Counted from the first letter of the stretch, positions 16,572 to 26,503 are shown. The stretch: 60,889 nucleotides of DNA from a virus (IMGVR_UViG_3300028833_000055:302446-363334); one strand, 5' to 3'. Translations and numbers: made by a program. The notes: a model not told the origin generated them from the letters alone.

Positions 16572-18926
16572 TTACTTATTACATTCATTCTCAATAAAAT
16601 TTCCGTTTTCATCGAGCTTTCCATATATTGCACCGAGAGTTTTCTTCAATGTGTTGAAGACACTTACATTGGAATTTTTCTTGTAGCACTCCTTCAAGTC
16701 AAACGCTGGTCTGTTATACATTTCCGTGCCGTCCTTTGTCCTTTTGAGGAACTTGTCCCTCAAAGTCTCGTTTTCGAAAATATACTTGATATTGTTGGCG
16801 GAGTTGGTGTCGGCGTTCATCCCGTTTACAAATGACTCCTGTTCTGTCCTCACGCTTTCCTTGGGGGCGACTATGTGTTCCTTCTTCTCCTTTCCCGTCT
16901 TCTCGTCCACCTTGACTGTCTCGATATAGTAGAGGGAGTGTGTCCTGCTGTCGGTCTGTGAGGTGTACGGGGACGGTACATATACCATCTGAATGTCCTT
17001 GTAGTTGGAGAGCTGGACGAACTTGTCCTTTATGCTCGCCCACCTCAGGAATTTCGGTACGAGGTTCTTGAACCTGTTCCTTCCACGGGCCTTCTCTCCC
17101 ATATCGCTGTATTTCACATCCGTGAGCATTCCGTTTCCGTCATATTCGAAAGAGTAGTATGACTTCGGTATCTTGTTCGCCTTCAAATAGGCGGTGACTT
17201 CGCCTTCCGGCTTCCCTTCGAGCTTGTGTCCTTTCAGGAGACCTCCGGTTGACGGTATTCTCCTTGCCTTCATCTGGGAGCTCTCCAGATATTCGAGTGC
17301 AACGGTGTCGTATCCGTTCCTTATGAAAAGGTTGACGGCGTATGTGACTATGTTGTCCCTGCATCCGATGATGTCCTTGTACACGTTGTTGAGCTTTCCG
17401 AGAATTTCCTTTCCCTTTTCGGTCTCGTTGAACTCGTCCTTGTACTTTATCTTATTCTCCTCGGACAAATCGCCGCTTCCTGCACGCTCGCTGTCATATT
17501 TGCCGAGCATCTCGTAGTACTTGTCCTTCAGGATGTAGGCGGACTTTATCTTTGCACGGAGAATCTTGTTGTAGTTGATGTAGTTTTCCGTATCTGTGTC
17601 GGATGTGCCTTTTCTCAACTTGTCGAGAACCCTCTCTATGGCGGCCTCCCTCTCTATGAGTTTCTTCTCCGCTTGCACCTTCAGTCCGTCCACGCTGTTT
17701 TCCTTCTTCTGCTTCACGATTCTCTCGTAGAGGCCGTCGTACTCTATTATGCCTATGTTCACGCCCTCGGCGAGTTTCTCGTATTTTTCAAGTTCGGTGG
17801 CGTTGAGTGTCTTACGGAACCCCTCGTCCTTCAGGAGTTCCTTGTATATGTTGAGGAAACCCTTCATATCAGATGCGTTGTCGCTTACGGATATGATGGA
17901 GTGCTTCATATTCATATCCACGCCTATGTATTTCTTCGCCTCCATACCGTTCTTGCTGAACTTCACCGGAGCGGAGATGCACACGTAGAGGTTGTCACCG
18001 TCCACAACGAAGACTTTGGAGTCACCGGATTTGTCGCCACAGATGTCCACGAGGTTCACACGCCTTCCGTTAACCACCTCCACCACACGCCTGTGTCCAA
18101 GAAGATGTATTTCCTTCAGTTTCTTGCTGACTTTCATAGTGTAGCCGGTGAGACCGTCCTCCTTTATGTCGGCTTTCTCCAATGTGACGGAGAACGAATT
18201 GGATTTGCTCCTGTTGCATCCGCCGAACTTCCTTATGTCATCCAGTACCAGACTTTCCCTGTACTCGTTAATCTTGTCGGTGTTGGTGGAGAAGTATTCC
18301 ATAAGGCACTGGAGCCTTTCCGCCTCTTGTGTCTTGCCTTTCTCGTTCAGATACTTTATGGTTTTTTCGAAATCACACTTGAACTCAAGTCCACGCTTCT
18401 CCATCTCGAAGACGGTCTGTCCGAGTATGGTCTCCTCATCGTCTTCCGCCGGATTGAACTTCTTGTACTTGATACCGGTTTTCAGGGTAGCGAACTTCGT
18501 TCTAATATTGGAGACTACGTTTTTCAAATATCCTCCCCTTACATATGACGACTTGCAGAATCCGAGTATGTTTCCCGTATTGCCTTCGGGATTTAATGCC
18601 TCCACATAGCGTTCGATGGAGTGGTCGATAAACATCGACGACGCCGCCTTTGTGAACATCTTGTATAGCGGAAGGTCTTTGTTTTCTTCTTTTATCAGAT
18701 ACTTGTAATACTCGTTCTTACGGTATTTTTCCGGTATGAAGCTCGCCACTTCGCCCCACGTCATATCCGTGAGTCTCTCACAGAGGAATGTTGTCAGCCT
18801 CTTGTAGTATTCCGAGTATTCGACTGCGGCCTTTCTGAATAATTCGACCGTCTCCTTGTCCGTTTTGACCTTGAACTTGAACGACTTCTGAATGTCACCC
18901 TCCCCCTTCTTCTTACTATTGTACAT
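16572..18926 (-). CDS. compact type V CRISPR effector, Cas-lambda-like (784 aa)
   Basis: RuvC-I YIGVDMNMKH, RuvC-II VALEYL, RuvC-III NADTNSANNI, plus VPSPYTSQ; TGNILGF, KFGGC.R and GCRDNI match my recollection of phage Cas-lambda; abuts array; start MYNSKK follows promoter. Confidence 0.9.
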   Translation of the reverse strand: MYNSKKKGEGDIQKSFKFKVKTDKETVELFRKAAVEYSEYYKRLTTFLCERLTDMTWGEVASFIPEKYRKNEYYKYLIKEENKDLPLYKMFTKAASSMFIDHSIERYVEALNPEGNTGNILGFCKSSYVRGGYLKNVVSNIRTKFATLKTGIKYKKFNPAEDDEETILGQTVFEMEKRGLEFKCDFEKTIKYLNEKGKTQEAERLQCLMEYFSTNTDKINEYRESLVLDDIRKFGGCNRSKSNSFSVTLEKADIKEDGLTGYTMKVSKKLKEIHLLGHRRVVEVVNGRRVNLVDICGDKSGDSKVFVVDGDNLYVCISAPVKFSKNGMEAKKYIGVDMNMKHSIISVSDNASDMKGFLNIYKELLKDEGFRKTLNATELEKYEKLAEGVNIGIIEYDGLYERIVKQKKENSVDGLKVQAEKKLIEREAAIERVLDKLRKGTSDTDTENYINYNKILRAKIKSAYILKDKYYEMLGKYDSERAGSGDLSEENKIKYKDEFNETEKGKEILGKLNNVYKDIIGCRDNIVTYAVNLFIRNGYDTVALEYLESSQMKARRIPSTGGLLKGHKLEGKPEGEVTAYLKANKIPKSYYSFEYDGNGMLTDVKYSDMGEKARGRNRFKNLVPKFLRWASIKDKFVQLSNYKDIQMVYVPSPYTSQTDSRTHSLYYIETVKVDEKTGKEKKEHIVAPKESVRTEQESFVNGMNADTNSANNIKYIFENETLRDKFLKRTKDGTEMYNRPAFDLKECYKKNSNVSVFNTLKKTLGAIYGKLDENGNFIENECNK

Positions 18927-18936
18927 AATCTGTTGT

Positions 18937-18968
18937 TTTTTTACAAAGATACTATTTATTTTCGAAAG
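18937..18968 (-). promoter_or_regulatory. promoter for cas gene/array
   Basis: TATCTTTG core 18944-18951, ~18 nt before ATG. Confidence 0.75.
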
Positions 18969-18971
18969 GAC

Positions 18972-18998
18972 AAAGAAAAACCGGAAAAAATTCCGGTT
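18972..18998 (-). terminator. metK terminator
   Basis: AACCGGAA-TTTT-TTCCGGTT then TTTCTTT. Confidence 0.65.
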
Positions 18999-19002
18999 CC
19001 CT

Positions 19003-20205
19003 CTATTCCATTTCGAAAATTTTTCTGATGTCTTCAACCAAATCCAAATCCTCCCACGGGAAGTACTTGATGCCGTCCTTCACATAGCTCTTCCTCCCGA
19101 AGTGTCCGTACTTGGCGGTCTCAAGATAAATCGGGTTGAGGAGGTTGAGCCTCGTTATCATACCGTGAGGCGTGAAGTCGATGTTCTCCATAAGGCGTCC
19201 GGCGATTTCTGCATCGCTCATTCCGATGTTGCACTTTCCGTGAGTGTCTATGAAGACCGAGAGGGGCTTGGCCATACCGATTGCATACGAGACCTGTATC
19301 GTAACCTCGTCCGCCACTCCGGCCGCCACAAGGTTCTTGGCCACGTATCTACAGAAGTAGGCCGCACTCCTGTCAACCTTCGACGGGTCCTTGCCCGAGA
19401 AGGCTCCGCCTCCGTGAGGACACTTGCCCCCGTAGGTGTCGACTATGATTTTTCTTCCGGTCAGACCGGTGTCCCCGTGAGGTCCGCCTATTACGAAGCG
19501 TCCGGTCGGGTTGATGAACAGCTTGAAGTCGTAGAACATATCCGAAATCCTCTTCGGAAGTTCCATCCTTACACAATGCAACGCTTCCTGAACCCAGTCA
19601 CCGAGAGCCTCGTTCGAAAGTTCCTCGCAGTGCTGCTGTGAGACGACTATGGTGTCTATCTTCTCGGGCTTGCCGTCTTCACCGTACTCTATAGTCACCT
19701 GTGACTTGGCGTCCGGTCTCAACCCGATTTCCGGATATCCCTTTCTCAGCCTTTCGAGCTGACGGAGTATCATATGGGAGAGCATTATTTCAAGTGGCAT
19801 GTACTCTATTCCGTCCTTGACTGCATATCCGAACATAATCCCCTGGTCTCCGGCACCCTGCATCTCCTCCTTCTGGCGGGACACGCCCATATTGATGTCG
19901 GGGCTCTGCTCGTGTATGGTGTTTATCACCGCACAGGAGTTTCCGTCGAAGTAGAGTTCACCGTTGTCGTAGCCGATGTCGTTGATGGTGTTACGCACCG
20001 TCTTCTGCAAGTCAACATACGCTTCGGCGGTAACTTCGCCCGAGATGACAACCAGTCCGGTCGTCACAAGTGTCTCACACGCCACGTGGGCGTTCTTGTC
20101 CTGTCTTATTATTTCATCCAGTACGGCGTCCGAAATCTGGTCGGCCACCTTGTCGGGATGACCCGATGAAACGGATTCCGACGTAAAATATCTCTTATCG
20201 CTCAT
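19003..20205 (-). CDS. metK: S-adenosylmethionine synthetase
   Basis: FTSESV..GHPDK, GAGDQG, GGGAFSGKDPSKVDRS. Confidence 0.98.
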   Translation of the reverse strand: MSDKRYFTSESVSSGHPDKVADQISDAVLDEIIRQDKNAHVACETLVTTGLVVISGEVTAEAYVDLQKTVRNTINDIGYDNGELYFDGNSCAVINTIHEQSPDINMGVSRQKEEMQGAGDQGIMFGYAVKDGIEYMPLEIMLSHMILRQLERLRKGYPEIGLRPDAKSQVTIEYGEDGKPEKIDTIVVSQQHCEELSNEALGDWVQEALHCVRMELPKRISDMFYDFKLFINPTGRFVIGGPHGDTGLTGRKIIVDTYGGKCPHGGGAFSGKDPSKVDRSAAYFCRYVAKNLVAAGVADEVTIQVSYAIGMAKPLSVFIDTHGKCNIGMSDAEIAGRLMENIDFTPHGMITRLNLLNPIYLETAKYGHFGRKSYVKDGIKYFPWEDLDLVEDIRKIFEME

Positions 20206-20219
20206 TTTCTTTTAATTTT

Positions 20220-20247
20220 AAAAGGAGGGTGTGTAACCACCCTCCGG
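20220..20247 (-). terminator. intrinsic terminator
   Basis: GGAGGGTG/CACCCTCC stem + TTTT. Confidence 0.6.
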
Positions 20248-20259
20248 TCCGCTTTTTTT

Positions 20260-20544
20260 TTACAGACTTGTCACATAGTAGAGACCGGTCTTCACGTCCT
20301 TCTCGAGGTAGCGATTGTTGCACCTGCTCGGGAACAGTACCGAGTTGCTCGATACGTTGTCGAGGTACGATACTCCCCAGTCCTTTTCGGAAAGGCTCCT
20401 GCCGGCGACCGTGAGGACAACCTCGTGGAGTTTTGTCCAGGTCTGTGGTCCGTTCGCCTCCACAAAGTTGCAGAGGATGTTACGCATATTGTAGCGGTTC
20501 ACTTTCTTCTTGGTGGTCTTGGCCACCTTCTTGGTCTTTTTCAT
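20260..20544 (-). CDS. small basic hypothetical protein
   Basis: Lys-rich N-terminus, 94 aa. Confidence 0.7.
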   Translation of the reverse strand: MKKTKKVAKTTKKKVNRYNMRNILCNFVEANGPQTWTKLHEVVLTVAGRSLSEKDWGVSYLDNVSSNSVLFPSRCNNRYLEKDVKTGLYYVTSL

Positions 20545-20571
20545 AATTTTTATGATTAAACGTTTAACAAT

Positions 20572-21306
20572 CTAAAACAATGCATCCTCGGTACCGCAAA
20601 TCTCCGGTTGCTTTCTTCCGAGTATGAAGTCACATATCCAGTTCCGTGCATAGTCCTTTGAAATCATACTCCTGTCCTCCGAGCAGAGTCCCGCCTGACC
20701 GCTCGGTTTCGAGTCGAGTATGTTCTTGACCACTCTGCTTTTCTGGTAGGTGAACCCGTCGGTGGGGACACAGTTGACAAAGAAGTAGGCGGTCGGCTTC
20801 TTGAAGTAGTCACCCCTCTGGGTACGGTCCATATCGACTATGGTCGGGGGCATCACGAAGTTCCATTTGAGGAAGGTCTGTTCCGACCAAGGATTCTCCA
20901 TCACGAGTCTCAGTCCTCTCATCTCCGCTACCGCCAGCATCTTCACCGCAAGGGCGAAGAACATCTCACGGTTGTGTGAGCGTTCGAGTATCATATCGGT
21001 CTTCTCCTTCACGCTCTTCTTCCGGTAGTTCACACAGGTCCAGTACATGGACATCTGTGAGAGAGCCGAGAAGTAGATGCAGGGGAAGAAGGCGATGATG
21101 AGGTCGTCTTTCGAAATGTTGTCGAACAACGACGGCTTTCCGTCATATGCGTCCTCTATCGCCTTGAACAAGTCGTCCGTGTGGTCGGTCTGTCCGAAGT
21201 TGTTCTGAATGTCGTAGTCTTCCGCCGGGATTCCGAGCTTGATGAACTCGTTCTTGAACGTGCCGGACTGCTCGAAGAAACAATGTACCTTACCCTTTAT
21301 TTCCAT
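20572..21306 (-). CDS. divergent DNA cytosine-C5 methyltransferase-like protein
   Basis: FEQSG (motif I-like), catalytic FFPC, ENP, KPT. Confidence 0.65.
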   Translation of the reverse strand: MEIKGKVHCFFEQSGTFKNEFIKLGIPAEDYDIQNNFGQTDHTDDLFKAIEDAYDGKPSLFDNISKDDLIIAFFPCIYFSALSQMSMYWTCVNYRKKSVKEKTDMILERSHNREMFFALAVKMLAVAEMRGLRLVMENPWSEQTFLKWNFVMPPTIVDMDRTQRGDYFKKPTAYFFVNCVPTDGFTYQKSRVVKNILDSKPSGQAGLCSEDRSMISKDYARNWICDFILGRKQPEICGTEDALF

Positions 21307-21307
21307 A

Positions 21308-22315
21308 TTAGAACTTCCTTTTGATTATATCAACTGCAAACTTGCTGATTATCTTGTTGATAACCTTCTGTTCCGAAGAATCGAGCGAGTCGTATTCCGG
21401 ATGGTCACGCCTGAACTCGTCTATCGTGTCGATAGAGTATTCCTTCAGTACGAGACCTGTCTGCTTCGGCATCTCTATCTCTCCGAGATGTGAGATTACA
21501 TTGTTGAGCCTCGATTCGGTGCAGTAGTTTCCGACTTCCTCGATACACTTGTTGCAAGTATCCGAATAGACCGGAGCCTCCTTCGGCTTCTTGTCCTTCT
21601 TTTCGAATTCCTCGAACTTCGGGTTCTTGTTCTTGATGATGATTCTCTCACCGTTCGCCATAAAGAGCGGTTCGACCGGCTTGATGACAACGCCTTCTGC
21701 AAAGTTGTCCTCTATTTCCGGATAACCGAGTCTTGTACCTATCGTGCTGATGAACACCGGACTGTATGCAAGACATTCGTCAAGTGTGCCACGGAAAAGT
21801 TCCTTGTTGTAGAACAGTCCGGCATTTTCGAAAATCTCGTTGCACTTGTCAACGCCAATCCATTCAGATTTTCCGTCGGTGCCGGTCACCAGAATGTCGA
21901 AGGCGTAGAACATATGTTCGGGACAGTAGTCTATTCCCTTCTGTATCCTTGACTCATTTGTCTTGTAACCCTTGTATCCTCCTCCGAAGAACTCGCCGAA
22001 CATCTGTACGTTGTGTACCGGAGTGTCGTTATACACGGAGATGTATTTGAAGATACCGGTTATCTTTTCCTTGAGCATCTTCTCTGCGTATTCCTGAAAT
22101 CCGTAGAACTTTTCGTCCGGTTCGAGGATTGAAGACCTCTTGCCGGTTATTATGTTTTCCCCGTCCGTGATTACAGATACGTTGCATCCGTCGACTTTCT
22201 CCGAGACCGAGAACTTTGCGTCCTCACAACCGAAGTACTTGAGGGTTTCCCTTACGCTTTCAAGATACTTTTCCCTGTAGCTGTTCTCTATCGAACTGTA
22301 TTTCCTAAATTCCAT
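21308..22315 (-). CDS. RNA ligase, Rnl2 family
   Basis: YSSIEN, SEKVDGCN, FGEFFGG, FYAFDI, EGVVIKP, IIKNKN. Confidence 0.92.
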   Translation of the reverse strand: MEFRKYSSIENSYREKYLESVRETLKYFGCEDAKFSVSEKVDGCNVSVITDGENIITGKRSSILEPDEKFYGFQEYAEKMLKEKITGIFKYISVYNDTPVHNVQMFGEFFGGGYKGYKTNESRIQKGIDYCPEHMFYAFDILVTGTDGKSEWIGVDKCNEIFENAGLFYNKELFRGTLDECLAYSPVFISTIGTRLGYPEIEDNFAEGVVIKPVEPLFMANGERIIIKNKNPKFEEFEKKDKKPKEAPVYSDTCNKCIEEVGNYCTESRLNNVISHLGEIEMPKQTGLVLKEYSIDTIDEFRRDHPEYDSLDSSEQKVINKIISKFAVDIIKRKF

Positions 22316-22327
22316 ATACTAATTTTT

Positions 22328-22522
22328 TTAATTGAATATTCTTGTAATCAAGAAGGCGAACATCATAGTCGTTGAAAGTATTCCGCCTATTTGAAGTATC
22401 ACCTCCGTCTTCGTCAACTCACGGTACTTGGCCTGAAATGAAAGGTTCCATATCTGACACACTATTCCGACCAGATAGTAGATGAGTGCAAACAACGCAA
22501 GCACTAATTTTTCAGTTTCCAT
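22328..22522 (-). CDS. small membrane protein
   Basis: Two TM segments. Confidence 0.65.
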   Translation of the reverse strand: METEKLVLALFALIYYLVGIVCQIWNLSFQAKYRELTKTEVILQIGGILSTTMMFAFLITRIFN

Positions 22523-22543
22523 ATTAAATATAACAAAAAGTTT

Positions 22544-23275
22544 CTAAATCCGCTTGTTTTCAAGAAGATATTTCACCGTCTTCACGAGAACTTCCATAAG
22601 GTCGCCATACGCTTCGTACACGGGTGTCTCCTCGTAGAAGTCAAGTACCGGATTGGTGTATGAAACAACATACTTGTCCTTCAGCTTGTCGAATGAGAAC
22701 TCCCATTCGTAGTCGTGCTTCACGTTCACCGCCTTTATCTTCTCCGGTATGATTTCAAGCAACGCACCGGCGGACCAGCACGGAATGTCGTTTCTTCCTT
22801 CCATTCCCTCCCTTACGGAGGGTATGTCGTAATGTCCTCCGTCCGTCTTCTCGGGATAGACCAAATCGGAAGTCTCCCCTTTCAGTCCCGCCTTTTCGAG
22901 CATATCCGACTGTTCCCTGTCGGTGTAGAGTCTCTTCGGGGCAATCTCCTTGAACGGGATGAAGAATGCGTATCCATCGTCGTCCTCGAAGTGGCAGCAG
23001 GTGTCGGTAAATGTCGAGTTGAACTTGTACCTCTTGTACTCGAACTCCTTTCCGTTCCACTTTGCACGGTCGGTGTTCCTGTTGTCACCGATGTACCAGC
23101 ATCCTTCTTTAAGCATACTCTTCGGTATCGCCCCGCATCTGATGAGGTTGGGGACTACCGTATCTCTGAAGAACCTTTCCTCTTCCTCTCCACGGTACAC
23201 GGGTATGCCGGGTATGTCCTCCGGTTTTTCGAAAACCTTGAGGTTCTCCCAGTATTCCTTGTTCATCTTGTTCAT
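22544..23275 (-). CDS. hypothetical phage protein
   Basis: 243-aa ORF. Confidence 0.75.
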   Translation of the reverse strand: MNKMNKEYWENLKVFEKPEDIPGIPVYRGEEEERFFRDTVVPNLIRCGAIPKSMLKEGCWYIGDNRNTDRAKWNGKEFEYKRYKFNSTFTDTCCHFEDDDGYAFFIPFKEIAPKRLYTDREQSDMLEKAGLKGETSDLVYPEKTDGGHYDIPSVREGMEGRNDIPCWSAGALLEIIPEKIKAVNVKHDYEWEFSFDKLKDKYVVSYTNPVLDFYEETPVYEAYGDLMEVLVKTVKYLLENKRI

Positions 23276-24237
23276 TATAGTGCAAGCCTTAAATTGTTCA
23301 ACACTTCCTTCTTTACCACATTGGTGTTTCCGCCCACGAACTCGGAGTACTGTCTGTCCACCTCACGCTCTATTTCCTCAGACAGTCTCTCTTCAGCCTC
23401 CTTCAATGTCGGGTCTTCGCTTTCTTCAGTCTCCACTTCGCTTCTCTTCATTTCTATGAAGTCGGTCTTTGAACCGTATTCCTTTCTGTCCCAGACCCTT
23501 TCGTCTGCAAGGACACAGATGCAAGTTGTCATTCCGTTCAAATCCTCCTCCTCGAATGTGGCATATTTCACGTTATTGAGGTTGAACTTTTCCAGAATGT
23601 CCTTCAGGTCGTATGAAGAACCGCCGTCGAGTACGACAAGCGTCTTGTCGGTGGAGAGCCACTGCTCCAAGTCATCGTCACCCTTGTACTTCCTTATGTA
23701 CTCGCATACTGCGTGTGCCGTCTGTATCCCCTTGTTGAGACCGTTGAGGTGTCTGAGCACTATTCCGTACATCTTGAACTCGTGCTTGTCCGGTCTGGCA
23801 CTAATGAGGTCTCTGTATTTTTCTTTCAACTTTTTATATGCCGCCTCTTCGCTTTCCCCCATATTGACGACAAGATGCTGATATGCCTCGCCGTCATCGG
23901 CGAAGTACCCGCAGGTCCAGATTTTCCCGAAAGGTGTATCGGTGGATGTACTCTTGTACTTGTACTCCTTGTCACCCTCTTCAATCGTTTCGGGAAGAAA
24001 TTCACCCGGCAGGCACTTGCAGAGTTTCTCGTAGAGTATGTTTTTGGCGGCAATCCCCGACTCGAGTGAACACCCCGACAGATAGACGCAATATCCGTCC
24101 AAGTACACATAACCGGTGGTATGGGTGTCATTTCTTTCGTAGTATACTCTCCAGTATTCCGAAAGGAGACCGTTCATTTTCTCTCTCTTCAAGGTCATTT
24201 CAACACCCTTTACATTTAATTTTTCAGGTAATGTCAT
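23275..24237 (-). CDS. protein with C-terminal Pth2-like peptidyl-tRNA hydrolase domain
   Basis: MYGIV...L....KGIQTAHA...W....KTLVVL...F.E.DL....TCI; promoter core 24252-24259. Confidence 0.7.
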   Translation of the reverse strand: MTLPEKLNVKGVEMTLKREKMNGLLSEYWRVYYERNDTHTTGYVYLDGYCVYLSGCSLESGIAAKNILYEKLCKCLPGEFLPETIEEGDKEYKYKSTSTDTPFGKIWTCGYFADDGEAYQHLVVNMGESEEAAYKKLKEKYRDLISARPDKHEFKMYGIVLRHLNGLNKGIQTAHAVCEYIRKYKGDDDLEQWLSTDKTLVVLDGGSSYDLKDILEKFNLNNVKYATFEEEDLNGMTTCICVLADERVWDRKEYGSKTDFIEMKRSEVETEESEDPTLKEAEERLSEEIEREVDRQYSEFVGGNTNVVKKEVLNNLRLAL

Positions 24238-24311
24238 GTTTCTTTTTTTTACAAAGATACTATTTTTAATTAAAACCTTCGTATTCTCTCTTCTTTTTTT
24301 CGTTAAGTCGG

Positions 24312-25394
24312 TTATTCCTCCTCTTCCGCTTTCTTTTCCTTTATAACTTCAATGCACTTCTCAAGAAAGTTAAGGTGCTGGTTATAATCGACATCTTGAC
24401 GATAGTAGTTTGTAACACCCCAGGTCAGTTCAAGAATGTGAAGACCGTCGATTAGAGCCGCCGTTTCGACAACCTCTTTCATATATTCCGGTTTGAGATG
24501 CTCTTCATAAAATCCGAACTGTGAAAGGATGCAACCGGTCATACCTATTCCCTCTCTGTAACGGAAAAGACCTTGACCGTGACCATAACAGTGGCGTTTG
24601 AACGAGTATCCCTCCAAATCACGTTTTCCAAAATCCATCGAATCACATTCTTCAGAATTTACCGAATCACATTCTTCTTTGAAGACGCTTTCGAAAAATG
24701 TTTCCTCAAATTCCTCCGGAACATCACAACCGATTTTTTCACAAAGTCCGGCGAGTGTGTGTGAGACCTTTTCATACTGCTTGAACTCATCCTCGAGCCA
24801 GACATAGCACTCCTCCTTGAGTTTCGGAAGGGTTTCGTGAGTCCAGTCTATCACCTCGTATCCCTTATATGTACCGAGCTGGTTCTTTCTGTAACCGAGC
24901 GCTTCTATATACTCGTGCGGTATTCTCCAGAAGTATCTGTCTTTCTTCTTGGGGTTGGCGATGGAGACAATATGGTCGAAGATTTTCTCGTGTTCCATAA
25001 TGTACGTCAGAGTCAATTCCGTATCGCTATAACCACTGTGGTTCAAAATGGTTTTGAGAACCTCTTTTGCAATCATATTCTCATCTTTCATCTGGTCTTC
25101 ACAGCCACAACAAGTTCTCTCGGCGAGGTCAACGAGTTTGGTTGTTTCCATACCGAAGAACTTTTCGAGTACATCTATCGCCGGTGTTCTGTCAATGTTT
25201 TCTATACCACCGTAGTCGTTGTATTCTCCTCTGATTGGGACGGAGATTGGTACAAATGAATGTCCCGGTGAAAAGTTATCGAGTTCTTGACCGAATACTT
25301 TACCGGTCGGTCTTACACCGACAATTACAACAATTCTGTCACCATAAGTTATAGGCAGGTTTGAAAAATTTCCTTTATGGTTGAAACATCCCAT
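24312..25394 (-). CDS. hypothetical phage protein
   Basis: 360 aa; SNLPI..GD and PIRGEYNDYG. Confidence 0.8.
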   Translation of the reverse strand: MGCFNHKGNFSNLPITYGDRIVVIVGVRPTGKVFGQELDNFSPGHSFVPISVPIRGEYNDYGGIENIDRTPAIDVLEKFFGMETTKLVDLAERTCCGCEDQMKDENMIAKEVLKTILNHSGYSDTELTLTYIMEHEKIFDHIVSIANPKKKDRYFWRIPHEYIEALGYRKNQLGTYKGYEVIDWTHETLPKLKEECYVWLEDEFKQYEKVSHTLAGLCEKIGCDVPEEFEETFFESVFKEECDSVNSEECDSMDFGKRDLEGYSFKRHCYGHGQGLFRYREGIGMTGCILSQFGFYEEHLKPEYMKEVVETAALIDGLHILELTWGVTNYYRQDVDYNQHLNFLEKCIEVIKEKKAEEEE

Positions 25395-25414
25395 TTTTAT
25401 TTCTTTTTTAAGTG

Positions 25415-26503
25415 TTAAACAACGGGGCTGTCGGTTATTCCTATGTTCCCGAAGGTCTTCTTGAACTCATCGGTCCTGTCCATTTCGTCACAGTGTGTGA
25501 GTTCCACCTTGTAGTTAAGGTTTTCGGCGTCCCCTTCTATTCTTCTCTTCAATTCCTTTATGTCGAGTTTTCCGTATCTGAAATCACCCTGCCCTTCGTT
25601 GTAGTTGTTGCACCTGTCTTCCGAAATATATGACGAGATTGTTTTCATCGAGGTCTCGTCTTTCAGCAGTCCGTCACCGTGTCTTGTGAGATACGGGCGT
25701 GTTACATAGTGTGCGGTCAGAGTGTATTTATCAAGACCAGATTCCTTCAGCACACACAAGGCGTCGTGTACACCCGTGTTGGAAGGTGTGGTGTCGTAAG
25801 TGTCTTTCCCTCTGTCGGTTAGCAGAAGTCCCTGTCCATTTTCGAAAATAATTCCGTCATACTTCACAAACTCGTCCTTCGTTCCGTATGCGGGTATCGT
25901 GTTCTGCAACATAAACGTACAGTCATCCATAAAGTTGGTGATGAGGAACGGACTGTTCCAAATCCCCTTCCATTCGTCGGGGACGGGAATTCTCCTCTCA
26001 TACCACTTCTTGATGTCTTCGAGTATTGCCAGCTTTCCGCTGTAAGGAAGGGAGTTGAAGTCGTCAAACGAGATGAAGTTCATCTCTCTGTTACGCAGTA
26101 TCGTGTTCCATACACCCATCCGGCAGCTCCCGTGTGTACCTTTGAGCTGTTCCGTGATGGTGTTCGCAATCATATCGAATGGAACCGTCCACTTGCATCT
26201 TGTGTCCCTGAACACTTTCGGCTTGATGACAAGTGAGTTCCACTCCTTTCTGAACTCCATAGGGTTCAGGATAAAAAAGCGGGAACAGTATGTTGCCGCA
26301 CCGGACAGGGTTCCGGAACCGAAATGATGGAAGGTGTGAACCGTATCATTCGTCACCACCGTGTGTCCCCTCTGGGCTCCTCCGTTGGTGAGGATGTTGA
26401 GGACTTCACCGTCTTCCTTCGAGTACTTCGCCACTATCGTGCCTTTCCCCTCGTCGCCGTAATTGGCTCCCAATACTATTCTCGCTTGTATAATTTTTGG
26501 CAT
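25415..26503 (-). CDS. adenylosuccinate synthetase-like protein (short PurA family)
   Basis: GANYGDEGKG, GGAQRGHTV, FENGQGLLL, TPSNTG, YLTRHGDG. Confidence 0.85.
   Translation of the reverse strand: MPKIIQARIVLGANYGDEGKGTIVAKYSKEDGEVLNILTNGGAQRGHTVVTNDTVHTFHHFGSGTLSGAATYCSRFFILNPMEFRKEWNSLVIKPKVFRDTRCKWTVPFDMIANTITEQLKGTHGSCRMGVWNTILRNREMNFISFDDFNSLPYSGKLAILEDIKKWYERRIPVPDEWKGIWNSPFLITNFMDDCTFMLQNTIPAYGTKDEFVKYDGIIFENGQGLLLTDRGKDTYDTTPSNTGVHDALCVLKESGLDKYTLTAHYVTRPYLTRHGDGLLKDETSMKTISSYISEDRCNNYNEGQGDFRYGKLDIKELKRRIEGDAENLNYKVELTHCDEMDRTDEFKKTFGNIGITDSPVV

Noticed and set aside
16572-18926. IS200/IS605 TnpB transposon
   Set aside because: Too long, lacks the TnpB Cys Zn ribbon and TnpA, and is fused to a CRISPR array
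18927-19037. 821-aa version of the Cas ORF
   Set aside because: The extra 37 codons run through the promoter, the metK terminator and the metK 3' end; ATG at 18926 fits better
25415-26503. PurZ (2-aminoadenine DNA) assignment
   Set aside because: Has the PurA-type Asp (GDEGKG) rather than the PurZ Ser, and no DatZ/MazZ was seen
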